A stretch of DNA of 64,000 nt from Eledone cirrhosa (lineage: Eukaryota). The DNA lies in the NCBI GenBank assembly GCA_964016885.1, contig OZ024740.1, forward strand, positions 141,236,001 through 141,300,000, in the 5' to 3' direction. Positions 48,148 through 61,500 of this stretch are shown here, one piece after another (the stretch's first letter is position 1; each line of letters begins with the position of its first letter). A program made the translations under genes and the position numbers. The notes beneath the pieces were generated by a model. That model was given only the letters and a program-made list of their open reading frames with translations, made no database searches and was not told where the DNA came from.

Positions 48148-50626
48148 CGGCGACGTGGCCAGAGTGCTAGCGTCGAGAACGGCTTTGAGCCAGTTTTTCG
48201 ACGCGAAGCACGAAGGCTGCGTTGTCCGAAGTAAAATACGTGCTCTAGGGAACGAGGGGGCCAAAGCTGTTAGCTGGGCCCGCGTGACAGAGGCCAACAG
48301 TGGAACTAAATCCACCATCCGGTCTTTGCGAGACCTGGATGGACGGGCGATTCTTGAGCCTAAGCAGATGTGTGAGGCCTTTCAAAGGCACTTTGCCCGA
48401 CTGTTCGGGAGGGGCGGGGAGCCGGTTGGAAACGTGGACTTCGGTCCATACCTCGACGGCCTGCCGCGCCTCTCGGACAGGGAGGCGAAGTCTTGCGAGG
48501 AGCCGATTTCGGCCGCTGAGATAGAGGACGTGCTGGGCCAATGCGGCAAACGCAAATCCCCGGGTCTCGATGGTCTTCCTTACGAATTATATCTAGCTAT
48601 GCCGGACTTGTTCCCCGATCTCCTCGAGGCGGTCTACTGCAACTGGCAACAGAACGGGAGAATTCCCTGTACTGTGACCAAGGGCGTAGTCACGCTAGTG
48701 AGGAAGGACGAGAACAAGGGGCACGAAATAAGTAACTTCAGGCCCATAACTCTGCTAAATACAGAGTTACAGATTTTGGCCAAGGTGCTAGCAAAGAGGT
48801 TGGCGCTTGTCGTGGGCAACCTGGTGGGAGATGCGCAGACATGCGCTATCCCGTCCAGGTCCATCCATGACAACCTCCACCTCATGCGATACATCATAGA
48901 GAGGGTTGGGAACGAACCCGGCTTTGGTGGGGCTCTGATCAACTTGGATCAATCTAAGGCGTTCGATAGGGTCGACCATGGTTACCTGAATGCGGTGCTA
49001 GCGGCGGCAGGCTTCGGACCCGTTTTCAGGGGCTGGATCACTGCTATGCACAGCAGCCGCATCTGCTCTAGGGTCAAGGTGAACGGCTACCTCTCGGAGC
49101 CGTTCAAAATCGCGCGGTCCATCCGACAAGGGTGCCCTCTCTCCTCCCTTCTGTATGTGTTGACTCTCGAGCCACTACTGCGGAAGTTGGAGTTGTTGCA
49201 GGGCATCCCTTTGGAACCGGGATTGCGGAAAGCGGTGTCGGCCTACGCCGATGATGTGACAGTAATGGTGTCGACGGCCTCCGAAATCGAGGCGGTCGGC
49301 ACCTTACTGGAGGAGTACGAAAAGTTCACAGGGGCTAAGCTGAACCGGGACAAGTCGATCGGTTTGCAACTCGGCACGTGGAGGGGCAGACCGATGCCCT
49401 CCGATGGCGTCGTCGGACGCTGGACGGAGGGCCCGGTGAAGTTGCTCGGGGTCTGGTTCGGACCGGACCTCCAGGTGGAGAAAAACTGGGCGGAGGTTAC
49501 GAACAGGGTGTTTGCACTGACCCAGAAGTGGGCCAGTTGCAAACTATCCCTGAAAGGTCGGGCGGAGGTGGCGAACACTTATATAGCGTCCGTCATCTAC
49601 TACCGCCTGACCGTAGTGCCCTGCCCAAGGGAAACCCTCACCAAGATGGAGCGCGCGCTCTTCCAATTTCTTTGGAAGGGGCGGGCTCCTATGGTGAGGA
49701 GATCCATCTGCTGTCAACACCCTTCGAAAGGAGGGCTGGGGATGCCGTGGCTAATGATGCGTAAACACGCATTAAGGCTACGGCACCTCTACGTATTCCT
49801 CACCGGACAACCGGTGTGGGCCTCGTTTGTGAGACGAACCTTTCCCAGACTCGTCTCACTCACCGAGCTGCAATCCTGGGTCAAGCAAAGACCGAGAAAA
49901 CTGGGCGCCTGGCACACTGAGTGTGCCCAGGCGCTCACCGCCCTCTGGCAGGCGGATCCGGTTATCAGTGGAGACTCCACCGCAACATTCTATAGAGGGC
50001 TGGTACGCAGCAGGTGCGACGACGCCCTCGGAGAAGCCCTAGACATGGAGGAGGACGAACTGGCCAGCCTGTTCGGTAGGACATTCAGCCCGGGACCTAT
50101 GGACAACTTCCAGAAGTCCCTGGCCTGGCAGTGCTACCGAGGGGCTTTACCCGTTCGAGAAAGGCTCTACAGACACGGGCGCCCGGGTAGGGACCCCGCC
50201 AAAAAGATCTGTCCCAGATGCGTGTGCGACGAGGAAACCGTTGCACACGCATTGGTACACTGCTCGGGCGTAGCCGATCTGTGGAGCTATGTCGAACAAC
50301 TGCTGTCAAGGGTGGGACCGATCCGGTTGACCACCGAGTCTATTGTAATGATCAAGCCGCCTCCCCCCTTCAAAGATGAAGCAGAGGCGGTGTTTCTGTG
50401 CGTAATAGCCATGGCGAAAGAGGTTGTATGGTGGACGCGTCTGAAAGGACTGAGGTCAGGCACCTTTCTCTCTGGCCAACAACTGGTCCGTTTCTTCCGA
50501 TATCATTTCGGAAGAAGGATCAGGATGGAGAGAGAGGTGCTGCACCCCAGTCGTTTTTATGAAAGGTGGGTGAAAGTGGCGAGAATGGCCCGTGTGAATG
50601 GGCCTTCTTTTTACATAAGCCTGTAG
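48148..50626 (+). CDS. LINE ORF2 fragment (RT + C-terminal CCHC; endonuclease missing), uninterrupted
   Basis: KSPGLDG, FRPITLLN, QSKAFDRVDH, IRQGCPLS, YADD, KLLGV, CPRC...ETVAHALVHC. Confidence 0.88.
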
Positions 50627-50895
50627 GTGGAAAAGAGGAAGGAACGAGGGAGCACCCCCTCTCTGTGCTCCTGAGGAAAAGGGTTGCACACTTTTTTCGG
50701 GGGTGTGTGCGACCCCCCAAGGCGCCTCCTCTCTATTGAGGATTTTGTTAAAAACTTTATTTTTGTTATATCCTATTTTATTTTTATATTTTGTTATTGC
50801 CTCCTCCTTATTGAGGACGCCTTTTTGTGTAAACTCCCCCCTTTGTACTTGTCCCACTTTTGATGCCCTAGTGGCAAATAAAAGAAACTTATCAA
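48148..50895 (+). mobile_element. 5'-truncated L1/Tx1-clade LINE
   Basis: GC-rich insert; open ORF2; 3' UTR with AATAAA at ~50877; no TSD found. Confidence 0.92.
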
Positions 50896-51400
50896 TTTCC
50901 TCTGTCTATTTATGTCAATTAATGTTTTCCTATGTGTTTTCCTATAGTCCTTTTTCAGTTCGTTTAAGATTAACAACTTATATATGTTAATATCAAGTTT
51001 ATAGATGTTTTTGGTTTTATACGCCGATCCTGGTTCCTAATTTTCTTAATGGTAGCATCCAGAGACATCAAGAATGAGTTAGTGTAACTCGACTACTTAA
51101 ATGTAATGCTTCTAATCATCCTAAATAAGTCTTATTCAAATGAGTCGGATAAACTGTTATGAGGTGGGTTCCTATAGGTCTTAAAACCGTATTTATCCTT
51201 ATTGTTTATATGTTCATTGTTTCTTCTGTCGTGGTGAAAGGTTCTCCATCTTATTTTCCTTATGAAAGAATTATACTGTTGATTAGGAGTTTGAGGTAGG
51301 TTTTCCTGTCAGGAATTGGAATTGACTTCAGTGACATGTGTAAAAGTGTTTTTCCCTCATTTTGGCTAATTAATAATATAAATCTCAACAGTGAAGAGCT
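50896..51400 (-). mobile_element. Penelope-like relic, part right of the LINE (extent approximate)
   Basis: Minus strand AYKTKNIYKLDINIYKLLILNELKKDYRK resembles the DKT-region N-terminal to PLE RT. Confidence 0.55.
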
Positions 51401-52529
51401 CAAATAGCAAAGACAAAACTAAATATACGAAACTCAAATGTATGAAGAAAATTATATATGATAGTATATAATTGCTACGTCTTTTCAGAATTAGCTCAAT
51501 GTGTTTATATATTATATTGGTCTGACATAGAAAAGTTGTTCACCAGGCTTACGAAAAGGCTTGTGTAATCCCGTGTTCAAGTCAAATGTTACGCCGTGAA
51601 AATTTACAATTTTAGTATCAACATCAATAGTTATAGTTAGGTTATCTAATAACGAAAAAAAAAAAACTATGTAGCCGTTTCTTAATTCTCTCTGGGCTTC
51701 TATTATTACAATTAATCACGATAGAGTCTCAAGGAGGGGAGGAAACTTGTTAATCTTCTCATAAGGAAAAGACCAATTAAATCAGTCACTTAGGCCGAAT
51801 CGCTCGACCCCATAGTAATATCGAAATTATCTGAATCGTTTTTTTTCTGGTCCAAAAGCTAACATCAAATTCGATTATAGTTTTTTAAGCTAGCTACGAA
51901 TCTATTTTTAGCAATTAATGCTCTGTTTAAAAGTATAGGAGAGAAATTACATCAAATTTACATCGATAATGCAATTGTTATTAATGTTAATTGTGAATTA
52001 ATTGTATTTTTAGCTACACTAATCGAAACATATGTCGAAACACATGTATGTGTGTATGTATGTATGTATTCTTTTTGGTAAATATCATCTTGGTTAAGAG
52101 AGTGGGACTGGCTTTGTGCAGTGCCTTTGCTCACTATAAAAGCTTCACGACACAGGCATTGCTTTATATCTGGAGATCTCTCTGCACTTGTCGTCACATG
52201 GTACCAGGGGCCCAGCACTATGTGTCAATAATTGTCACAGGTGTAGTGTTTGTACCAGAGTTTTCGAGTCGCTGGCTGGACTAAAAAGTCACACTCGTTC
52301 AGCGCATCGGTAGGAGTTCTCCTACATGGATATAAAGTAGTGGCCGTACTCGAAAACGAGTTGGCAGCCACCATGTATGTATGTATGTATGTATGTATGT
52401 ATGTATGTATGTATGTATGTATGTGTATATGGCTGACTGAATACGCACGTGTGTTTTTTTTCTCATTTTTTCCGTTCCTTCTTCTTCCCACCCTCTATCT
52501 TTCTATTTTATCTTTTATTTCTCATTCTA

Positions 52530-52565
52530 TCTTCTGATGAAGAATTAGTGTCCGAAACGTTAAGA
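52530..52565 (+). ncRNA. Minimal hammerhead-like motif (Penelope type)
   Basis: TCTT-CTGATGA-AGAATTAGTGTCC-GAAA-CG-TT-AAGA. Confidence 0.55.
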
Positions 52566-52659
52566 CTCTTTTTCCTATTATTCCAAAGGTTAAACTAATA
52601 TATTTCTTCTTTGTACTGTGTCATTTGCTTTGTTATTTCTGTTTACTTTTTACATACAT

Positions 52660-52661
52660 AC

Positions 52662-52707
<46 letters not shown>

Positions 52708-52744
52708 ACATGTTTATATATATATAGAGTAACTTTTGCGACGG

Positions 52745-52828
<84 letters not shown>

Positions 52829-52969
52829 GCGTGTGTGTGTGTGTGCGTGTGTGTGTGTGTGTGTGTGTGCGTGTGTGTGCGTGTGTGTGTGGGGGGGGTG
52901 CGCGTGTGTGTGTGTGTGTGCGCGTGTGTGTGGGTGGGTGTGTGTGTGTGTGCGTGTGTGTGTGTGTGT

Positions 52970-53053
<84 letters not shown>
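52660..53053. repeat. Compound (TA)n/(TG)n microsatellite
   Basis: Seen directly; (TATG)n also at 52375-52425. Confidence 0.95.
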
Positions 53054-53056
<3 letters not shown>

Positions 53057-53629
53057 TATTGTACGGACAGAGAGGGTGATGGGTGAGCAGGATGGACACC
53101 TCCAAACACCTCAGGTGCACATAACTTGCCTGTGGCTTACAAGATGTACAAATTATCAATGACAGGGAGACAGAAAGGAGGGGGGGGGTCAAAAGAGAGA
53201 AGGAGATTAAGATAAAGAAAAGAAAAAGAAAACAATATCTGGCAGGTAAAAGTTGAAAGAATCTTCAGTTTTCATTCTCATTATTCTACCTTGTTGCCGT
53301 TGTTATTGTTGTTGTTATTATTGGTCTTGTTGATGTTCGTGTTAGTGTGTTTGTCATGAGATTATCAAGGAATCACGCGATGCATTTAGTTTTTTTTTGT
53401 TTTATATTGTATTGTTTTGTTTAGTTTTGTCTTTGTTATTGCGTTCTTTTCTTTCCTTTGCTTTATATTTTCGTGTGTTTATAGTCATACGACTTATAAA
53501 GGTTACTAATTGGGTATGTGTGCGCGCGTATGAGTTCGTGCGTGCGTGTGCGTGCACGCGCGCTTTCGTAGGGGTTTATTTTTTGTAATTGTACGTTTTA
53601 AGACATACACATGTATGTATGTATATATA

Positions 53630-53692
<63 letters not shown>

Positions 53693-53945
53693 AGATCAAA
53701 AGATGGTTAAAAGAGTTCCAAGTATTTTATTAAGCGTATTTCAAAAACAAATATCATCATGAGATGATATCTGCGGATACATATGTTGATTTAAAACTTC
53801 ACTATTCACAAGTGTTTTTTTTTTACCTTCATATCATGTATCCCTATTTTATCTGATGAAAACGCAGATATCATCTCATGATGATATTTGTTTTTGAAAT
53901 GCGTATAATAAAATACTTGGAACTCTTTTAACCATCTTTTGATCT
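53693..53945. repeat. Fold-back element with 83-bp inverted arms
   Basis: 53693-53775 versus 53863-53945, few mismatches. Confidence 0.85.
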
Positions 53946-54068
53946 GATATTAATTATACTCCAGTCCTACAAACTGTAGAGTGCTACTTATCCGATATTT
54001 GCATTGCTTTATTGTGCTACAATAAAACTCACCTCCTACATATATATATACATATATATATATATATT

Positions 54069-54115
<47 letters not shown>

Positions 54116-54162
54116 AACCCCCCCCCCCCACACACACACACACACACACAAATATATATATA

Positions 54163-54260
54163 CAGGGTGTTCAAAAAAATGTATACACACTTCAACAGCA
54201 TTCTAGTAAATATTGCCTGTTCAGGTAATCAAAGTGTGTATACATTTTTGGGAGGAAACC

Positions 54261-54263
<3 letters not shown>
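54163..54263. mobile_element. Tc1/mariner-type mini MITE
   Basis: TA|CAGGGTGT...AAAATGTATACACACTT, with inverted AAGTGTGTATACATTTT...AAACCTTG. Confidence 0.65.
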
Positions 54264-54321
<58 letters not shown>

Positions 54322-55281
54322 CGTGTGTGTCAGTAGACCTATGAATAAAAATAAACATGTGCATAATGCAGAAACAACGCAGACTATCTATCAGTCTTAA
54401 TTCATTTGCTAATTAAATCTAGCCAAAACATTTCATTGCTGGGTATTATTATATTATATGTACCACCTTATATTTTACTTCTGTTTGTTATTGCATTTGT
54501 TTTGTTTTGTTACTTTTGCTTTCGTGAGAAGAGCTTATAGTAATAGTGGTGGGTGGTGGCGACGTTAGTGATGGGTGATAGTAGTAGATGGTGGCGGCGG
54601 CGGCGGCGACATTTGTAATGGGTGATGGATGTTGGTGGTGTTGGTGGCGACGGTAGTGGTGACGATGGTAGAGGTAGAGGTGGCAGTGGTGTTGATAATT
54701 GTTATTGTCGTTAGTTTTTACGTTGTCCTTGTCTATATTATAGCATTAGTTTATATATATATATTAGAGAGAGAGAGAGGGGGGAGAGGGGGGAGAGAGA
54801 GAGGGGAGAGAGAGAGAGGGGAGAGAGAGAGGGAGAGAGAGAGAGAAATGTGTATTCCTCTCTTTCGGAGAAGTGGTATACATTTATTATTGTGTGGCCA
54901 ATAAAGAAATAATTATTACTTTAAAGCGATTGTTAGTGATCAGAGAAACGTCACGAATATTTTGGTAAGTTTCTGGGTTGTTTTTTCTTTCTCCTCTCTC
55001 CAATTCGTCATTCTTATTTTCTATTGATGTTGTTATTTAATCTTTTTTTCTTGAATGATTGAGAAAATGATGTATCTTCCATCGGTTTCGACGATGAGCA
55101 TCCAGTCGTTCGATCAATTGAACGTTTGACTCAATTAACTTTTAACACCCTCTAATAATATAGCAGAAAATCTTTTTTAAATGTTTGTTAATTCAAATGT
55201 TTTTAGTATAAATCTGTAGAAATCTGTTTGTTAAAATCTCTAAAAAAAGTACAGACTTCAATTTTTTATGTTATCCAACGA

Positions 55282-55407
55282 TAATGTAAATAATAGAATT
55301 ATATGAACCTTTCATTGATACAGTAATGTAAATAATAGAATTATATGAACCTTTCATTGATACAGTAATGTAAATAATAGAATTATATGAACCTTTCATT
55401 GATACAG
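55282..55407 (+). repeat. 42-bp minisatellite x3
   Basis: TAATGTAAATAATAGAATTATATGAACCTTTCATTGATACAG. Confidence 0.95.
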
Positions 55408-55622
55408 TAATTATATACGAGAGAGGAAAATATATATATATGTTTTATACTTTTCAAGAAAGTCTTAATAATTCAATTTAATGTGGTACAAGAGGTCAAT
55501 GGTTAATATATAAGTGGCTGAGTATTCCACATTTGAATAACAGCAGTCTCCCTGCTTTCAGCTCCCCAGTTTCCCTCATAAGGCTTGGTTTGATAATCTC
55601 TCCCTCTTAGATTATTATACAG

Positions 55623-55833
55623 TGGATTGGCAGTATCGGTAGAGCGCCAGACACCATGCTTTATAGCATAGAGTTACGCCTCTTTACGATCTGAGTTCAA
55701 ATCCTGTCGAGGTTAGCTTTGCCTTTCATCCTTACGGGGTCAATAAAATAAAGTACCAGTAATGCACTGGGTTCGATTTAATCGACTTTTCCCTCTCCAA
55801 AAATTGTTGGCCTTCTGCCTAAATCAGAAACCA
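55623..55833 (+). mobile_element. tRNA-derived SINE
   Basis: A-box-like TGGCAGTATCGG, B-box GAGTTCAAATCC, shared body CCTTTCATCC...AAAGTACCAGT. Confidence 0.85.
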
Positions 55834-57399
55834 ATAACAATTGTTTCTACTTTTGCCACAAAGTCAACAATTATCCCAGTAATCTAAAGAAAGAAATGTT
55901 TGTACTTAGGAAAGAATGAAAGTTCAATAGTATGTGTATATTATGTTTTTAACAAATTACTTAAAAATTTGAAATTAGCTCATGCCTTCTCTCAAGGTCC
56001 TAGAGACCTCTGATTGAAAATCACTGATATAACTTTACAAGGTATTGCTGGATACCAATATGAGAGGCAACACCAGTTTTAAACAATTCAGTAAACAGCG
56101 CAAATTCTTCATTTACCAAGATGTAATTTAATAAGATTTGATGACTTCTTTACAATCTCTTTGGATGTAAACAATAAATATATCATTCATCTTTCAATAA
56201 GTTTTCTAGCATTTTAACAGACTGAGGAACCAGAGACAGACTGGTCATACAAACATTTCGGCAATGCCTGGTGGTTTGCTGAGCTGAGGTTGGGGGAACA
56301 GCTGAAAATAAGTCTTGCAAACCTGAAGTCATAGTCTCTGCACAGAGATTGAAGCAAAAATCAATAATAATGGTTTCAGATTTAGGCACAAGGTCAACAT
56401 TTTGCCGGGAGGAAAAAAGTTGATTATATCGACCCCACTGCATTATTCAGGGTTGGATTTAGACCTTGGGGGGCCCAGGGCACTTCAGGTTTGGGAGCCC
56501 CCTCATACATAAAAAATTAGAATACACAGTAAAGCCCCCTATTTTACATATCAAAGTTAGCTTGGCATAAGTAATTGGAATTGAAATGTTATACATACAG
56601 GTATTAAATTCAAAAATTCTAACCATCCTAAAACTAAAAAGCCCATCCGAAGGCACAAAGAAATTGCTACAGCCATCGCAATAATAATAATAATAATAAG
56701 AAGAAGAAGAAGAATGATAATAATAATACAAATAATAATAATAATGGTTTCTTTATTGGCCACAAGGGCTAACATGAAGAAAAACATTAGAGACGGCACA
56801 GAACAGTACAGGACGATACAAAGTGGGTTTTGATCGTGTAAACAGGTTATAACAAAATTGGGCTAGAAATCAAAAAAATTCAAACAAATAATAATAATAA
56901 TAAAAATAATAATAACGACAACAATGATCAGTTTATTAGCCACAAGGGTTAACACTTAGTGTATAGCAAACATTATAAACATAGGGGTTACAATACATGT
57001 GTAGCTGGACAAACCAAATTATATAAAACAAAAGTAGGAGCAAAGATATAAAATTTGTTAAAACATGAAATAAATATAAAATACTCTAAAACACTCACTA
57101 ATTAACATAAGATAAAATTTATAACAGGAAAAAGATTTATCTACCCACACACACCCTGGTGGGAACCCACTATTTAAGTTGAGTCAGCAAAACCTCATAT
57201 TTCTGCTTTCCCATCATACATTATATACTTCTTGGTATGGTCCCATAACTTCTGATGAGGTCATTGGAGCACTGTGGTGGCATACAGCATTTTGGGGGCA
57301 TTTTAAGCCTGGCAGAGCACATCCCTCTCCAAGTCTGAACACAGCCAATTTCTTCCAGAAAAAGGTAGAAAGTGAGAGAGAGGAAGAATTGACCCCAAT

Positions 57400-57520
57400 T
57401 CTAGACTGGTACTTTTTTTATCAACCTTGAAAACATAAAAGGCAAAGTTGACCTTGGCAGGATTTGAACCAGAGAGCCACAAAGTATTCTGTCTAACCTT
57501 CTAATGACTCTGCCATATCA
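57400..57520 (-). mobile_element. CpG-decayed SINE copy
   Basis: ACTGGTACT...AAAGGCAAAGTTGACCTTGGCAGGATTTGAAC. Confidence 0.7.
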
Positions 57521-57899
57521 CCACCTATATACTTCCTGGGGATCACCAAAATACCCTGTATCAACAAATAATAATATATATTACCTCTTGACACTATAAA
57601 ATATAATGTAACACACAGAACATATATTATTATACAAAGCCATCACTCAATACAATAACATGGCAGATACTTTTACATGATTGCCAGCCAATATTATAAT
57701 ACATCCTACATGCCATCAACAACTCACTCATTTCACATTAAACACAATTACCACCTAATGTTACAAGGTAGGATTAAGGCCAACAGATGCCTTAAGCACA
57801 GCCCAACAATATTTTCTCCCGCAACCTTTCTGCTATCTAACTGACATAAAGACATAATAAGTGTTAAATGGGAAATAATGAGATATCCCACATACCACT

Positions 57900-58360
57900 T
57901 ACACAATTCATACTCTATAGTCAACTCCAAAACATAACGTAGTACATACTCTACACAATCACCATCCAACACTAAAACACATAACACAACACACACAACA
58001 TAATCACCACCCAACACTAAAAGGAATAATACAACCCACATTATATACCCAATCCACACAACTTATATGAAGACAATTGCCACTTGACACAATAATGTAT
58101 AACACAACTCAAACAACATATACTTTACACAGTCTCCACCTGTTACTAAAACACAACACAAATCACACAGCATATAGCCAACACAATCACCACCTAACAC
58201 ATAAACATACAGCATAACATATTCTACACAATTATCAATAACACTAAAATACATAACACAATATAAACCCAAAACAGTTACCGCCCAACACTGAAACACA
58301 TAATACAACTCGGATAACATCATATCCCAATACATAACACAACTCATACAATATATAGCC
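57900..58360 (+). repeat. Degenerate AC-rich minisatellite (~40-45-bp unit)
   Basis: Recurring ACAATCACC(A)CC(C)AACACTAAAACACATAACACA. Confidence 0.7.
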
Positions 58361-58375
58361 AGCCAAACCACCAGT

Positions 58376-58408
<33 letters not shown>

Positions 58409-58546
58409 GCCCCCACAGGTCCTATGAATTTTGAGATGAGCTCCATTCCATGCACAGAGCCCAAAAATCAGTCTTGTCCTGCTTTGTAAACTTTTTCAAA
58501 AGTCCTGCTGATCACTTTTTCACAATTTAGTTTCATCATCTGGAAA

Positions 58547-58778
58547 ATGAAGAAGAGAATGATAATGTACAACATCATGTTACTTTTTCTCCTGCTCCAT
58601 ATAAGCACACTGGAGGCCTTGTTCTTCAGAACTGGTGCAGTAAATTGCATAGTTACAGAATGGAGTGAATGGAGCGAACCTCTCAGTTTTGGAATAGAAG
58701 AACGTCACCGTAAAATACTTCGTCCAGCAGAGAATGGTGGAACACCCTGTCCACCAACTTCAGAGAAGTTAACAGTCA
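58547..58778 (+). CDS. Coding exon A: signal peptide + spondin-type TSP1 repeat
   Basis: Hydrophobic N-terminus; VNCIVTEWSEWS...RHRKILRPAENGGTPCP; GTAAGT donor at 58779 (phase 1). Confidence 0.85.
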
Positions 58779-60010
58779 GTAAGTTCAATTATATCTTGAT
58801 TTATTCTAGTTATTTTTGTTCATTGGTTCAGTTCCTGACTGGGCAGCATGATATGTTTTAGAGCAAGATATTACATTTTACATTGCTTTTCATAATAGGA
58901 CTGGGTCCTCTATCATTAAAACGCCCAAGAAATCTCATATGAGATGCAACTTCATAGAAGGCCAACTAAACTAGGTGTGAGTTGTAAATTGTATGGTTTT
59001 TTAGCTTTCCATATAAGATTGAAAAATCTTATAAAAAATGTATAAATGATTTACAAAAGAAACAAACAGGCCATATATAACATATAATATATACATGTGG
59101 TTAAAATGTCTATGAAAAGAATCGAAGGACAGATTTTCAGGCAAAACTAACTGGCAGGAAAATCGGAAGTAGACCATGAGTAAGATGAGTGGATAACCCT
59201 CCTAACCTTGGTTGATCTCACTTGGGGTTCAATCAGATCATTTGGAGATTGTTGCTTCTGATGACATTTTTATATATATGTATATCATCATCGTTGTCAT
59301 CATCATTATCATTTTACAACTGTTTTTCCATACTGACACCAGTTGGAAGGGTCATTACAGAGAAGTCAGCACTAAATTGGAGTTATGTTGCATTTTTGGC
59401 ATGGTTTCTATGACTGGATACCCTTCCTAACTCTAACTACTTAATAGTGTACCTGGAGCATTTTATTGTGGCCCTAGCACTAAAGTGGTTGTCATGGCTT
59501 TAATATAACTGCAAAATTCTCCCTATACCTTTTGGTATTGTTTCTATGACTGTATGCCCTTCCTAACACCATCCACTTTACAGAGTGTACTGGCTGCATT
59601 TTATTAGGGCACCTGCACTAGAGTGGTTGTTGTGTCCTTCACATAACTAAAAGACCCTCTAGGTTGTTGCCACTCAAACGCCATATATACTTACATGTTT
59701 GGCAAGATTTTTTTTATCTGAAATCATTGGTTAAAAGAAATACCAATGTACTTTGGGGGAGTCATTTTTGGCTTAACAATTGAACACATGCATTTATTCT
59801 TATTAGCAATATCCTTTATTTTCTGAGTTCAAATTGCACCAAGGTTGATTTTGTTTTTGCTGATGCTTTACCCAGTTCAATACTGATTGATTATACATAT
59901 ATCCAAAAGCATTCCAGTAATGACCATCCCATCATTCGTTTGAGTACAATTTTTTTTAAATCCACACCTGCATGTCTATTGTTGACAATGCTATCTGATA
60001 TGTATGCATG

Positions 60011-60287
60011 CAGGGCCAGTGCCAGACTATCTGGCACCCTATGCAAGGTTAGATTCTGTGCCACCCACAAGGAAAATATTAATTTCAAAATTTATAAACA
60101 ATAAATAAAAAACAATTTGTTTTCAACATTTATTTTTTGCTGTATGAAATAAGCCAGGATAATAAACGACCCTCAATAAAACTAACATTTATTTTTCAAA
60201 ATTGTTGTTGATTTGGAGAATTGTGCTCCCCTAAAATCAGCGCCCTAGGCAGCTGCCTAGTTTGCCTATATGGTAGCACCAGCCCTG
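60011..60287. mobile_element. hAT-type MITE (intronic)
   Basis: TIRs CAGGGCCAGTGC / GCACCAGCCCTG; 8-bp TSD TATGCATG. Confidence 0.85.
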
Positions 60288-60452
60288 TATGCATGGTATA
60301 TATGTGTGTAAATGTAAAGCAATTTAAGAAGCAACACAAAATCCACATAGACACACACACATATGTACACACTCACATGCACATACACATATAATTACAC
60401 ACTTTTGGAAAATCCTCAACAAATATTCTATATAGAATTATTATTGTTACAG

Positions 60453-60646
60453 GGGAACATCCAACAGTCAACCAAACAGCTGAACATTTTGCTCAGAAAT
60501 TTGTAACAAATAGCCGTCGAATGACCTATGCAACCTACACAGATGCAGTGGAGAGAATCTTACCAAGGGATCTTCTAATCATTATGGACTCTTCAGGAAG
60601 TGTTTCTCCGGCAGAATATCATCAAAGCAAGCAAGCTATGGCAGAT
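60453..60646 (+). CDS. Coding exon B: linker + start of a VWA domain
   Basis: TTACAG acceptor, phase-compatible with exon A; ...PRDLLIIMDSSGSVSPAEYHQSKQAMAD (DxSxS MIDAS); GTAATG donor. Confidence 0.85.
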
Positions 60647-61357
60647 GTAATGTTCATTTTTTAAAGTCTATTTATATGTGCATCTGGTTTAGAATAGGTA
60701 CATAACACTGCATATTGTAAGAAGCAACTAAAAGGGTTGGTGTCATGTTGGACATCAGTATATAAAACATTGCCTCAAAAAGTCTCATCCAATCCATATT
60801 GGCATGAAAAATTTAACATAAAAAGAATGATGATACTTTACTATTAACTTCCATGTGTATCCCGGTTTTTAGAATTAGTACACCACATCTTTGCATATTG
60901 TAAAAAGTGACTAGAATTGTCAGCAATGGGAAGGGCATCTAGCTGTAGAATATCGTTTCAAAATATCCCGTCCACCCCATGCCAACATGGAAAGGTAGAT
61001 GTAAAAATAACGATAATAATGATTTCCACTTTAAATACAAGGCCAGCAATTTGAGGGAAGAGGGAAGTCAATTAAACTTACTCCAGTAATTGACTGGTAC
61101 TTTATTATTATCAATCCTGGAAGGACGAAAGAAAAACAATGATGATAATAATAACTCTTAACATCCTATAATGATTTAGCACAAAATGTCTAAAAACAGG
61201 TTTGTCAATTTAAATGTTTATAGTTTTTTTTACTAGTGGACAGATCCTTGTGAAAATGTGCAGTATTAGGATAAAGGCTTTAATTTTGCATGTGATATAG
61301 TCATAGTACTGTTTTGTACTAATGTGGTTTCATGTGATACAGGACATTAAAATGAGA

Positions 61358-61500
61358 AATTGGTGGTCATTAGAAGATTAAATAGAATGCTTTGTGGTGT
61401 TCCCTCTGTCTTTCTGTGTTCTGAGTTCAAAAATCCACTGAAGTCAACTTTGCTTTTCACTCTTTCAAAGTTGATAAATAAAATACTAGTCCAGTACTGG
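61358..61500 (+). mobile_element. CpG-decayed SINE copy
   Basis: CTGAGTTCAAAA...GTCAACTTTGCTTTTCA...GATAAATAAAATACTAGT. Confidence 0.65.

Noticed and set aside
52618-54904. CV/YI/HT/ER-repeat ORFs
   Set aside because: Translations of dinucleotide microsatellites
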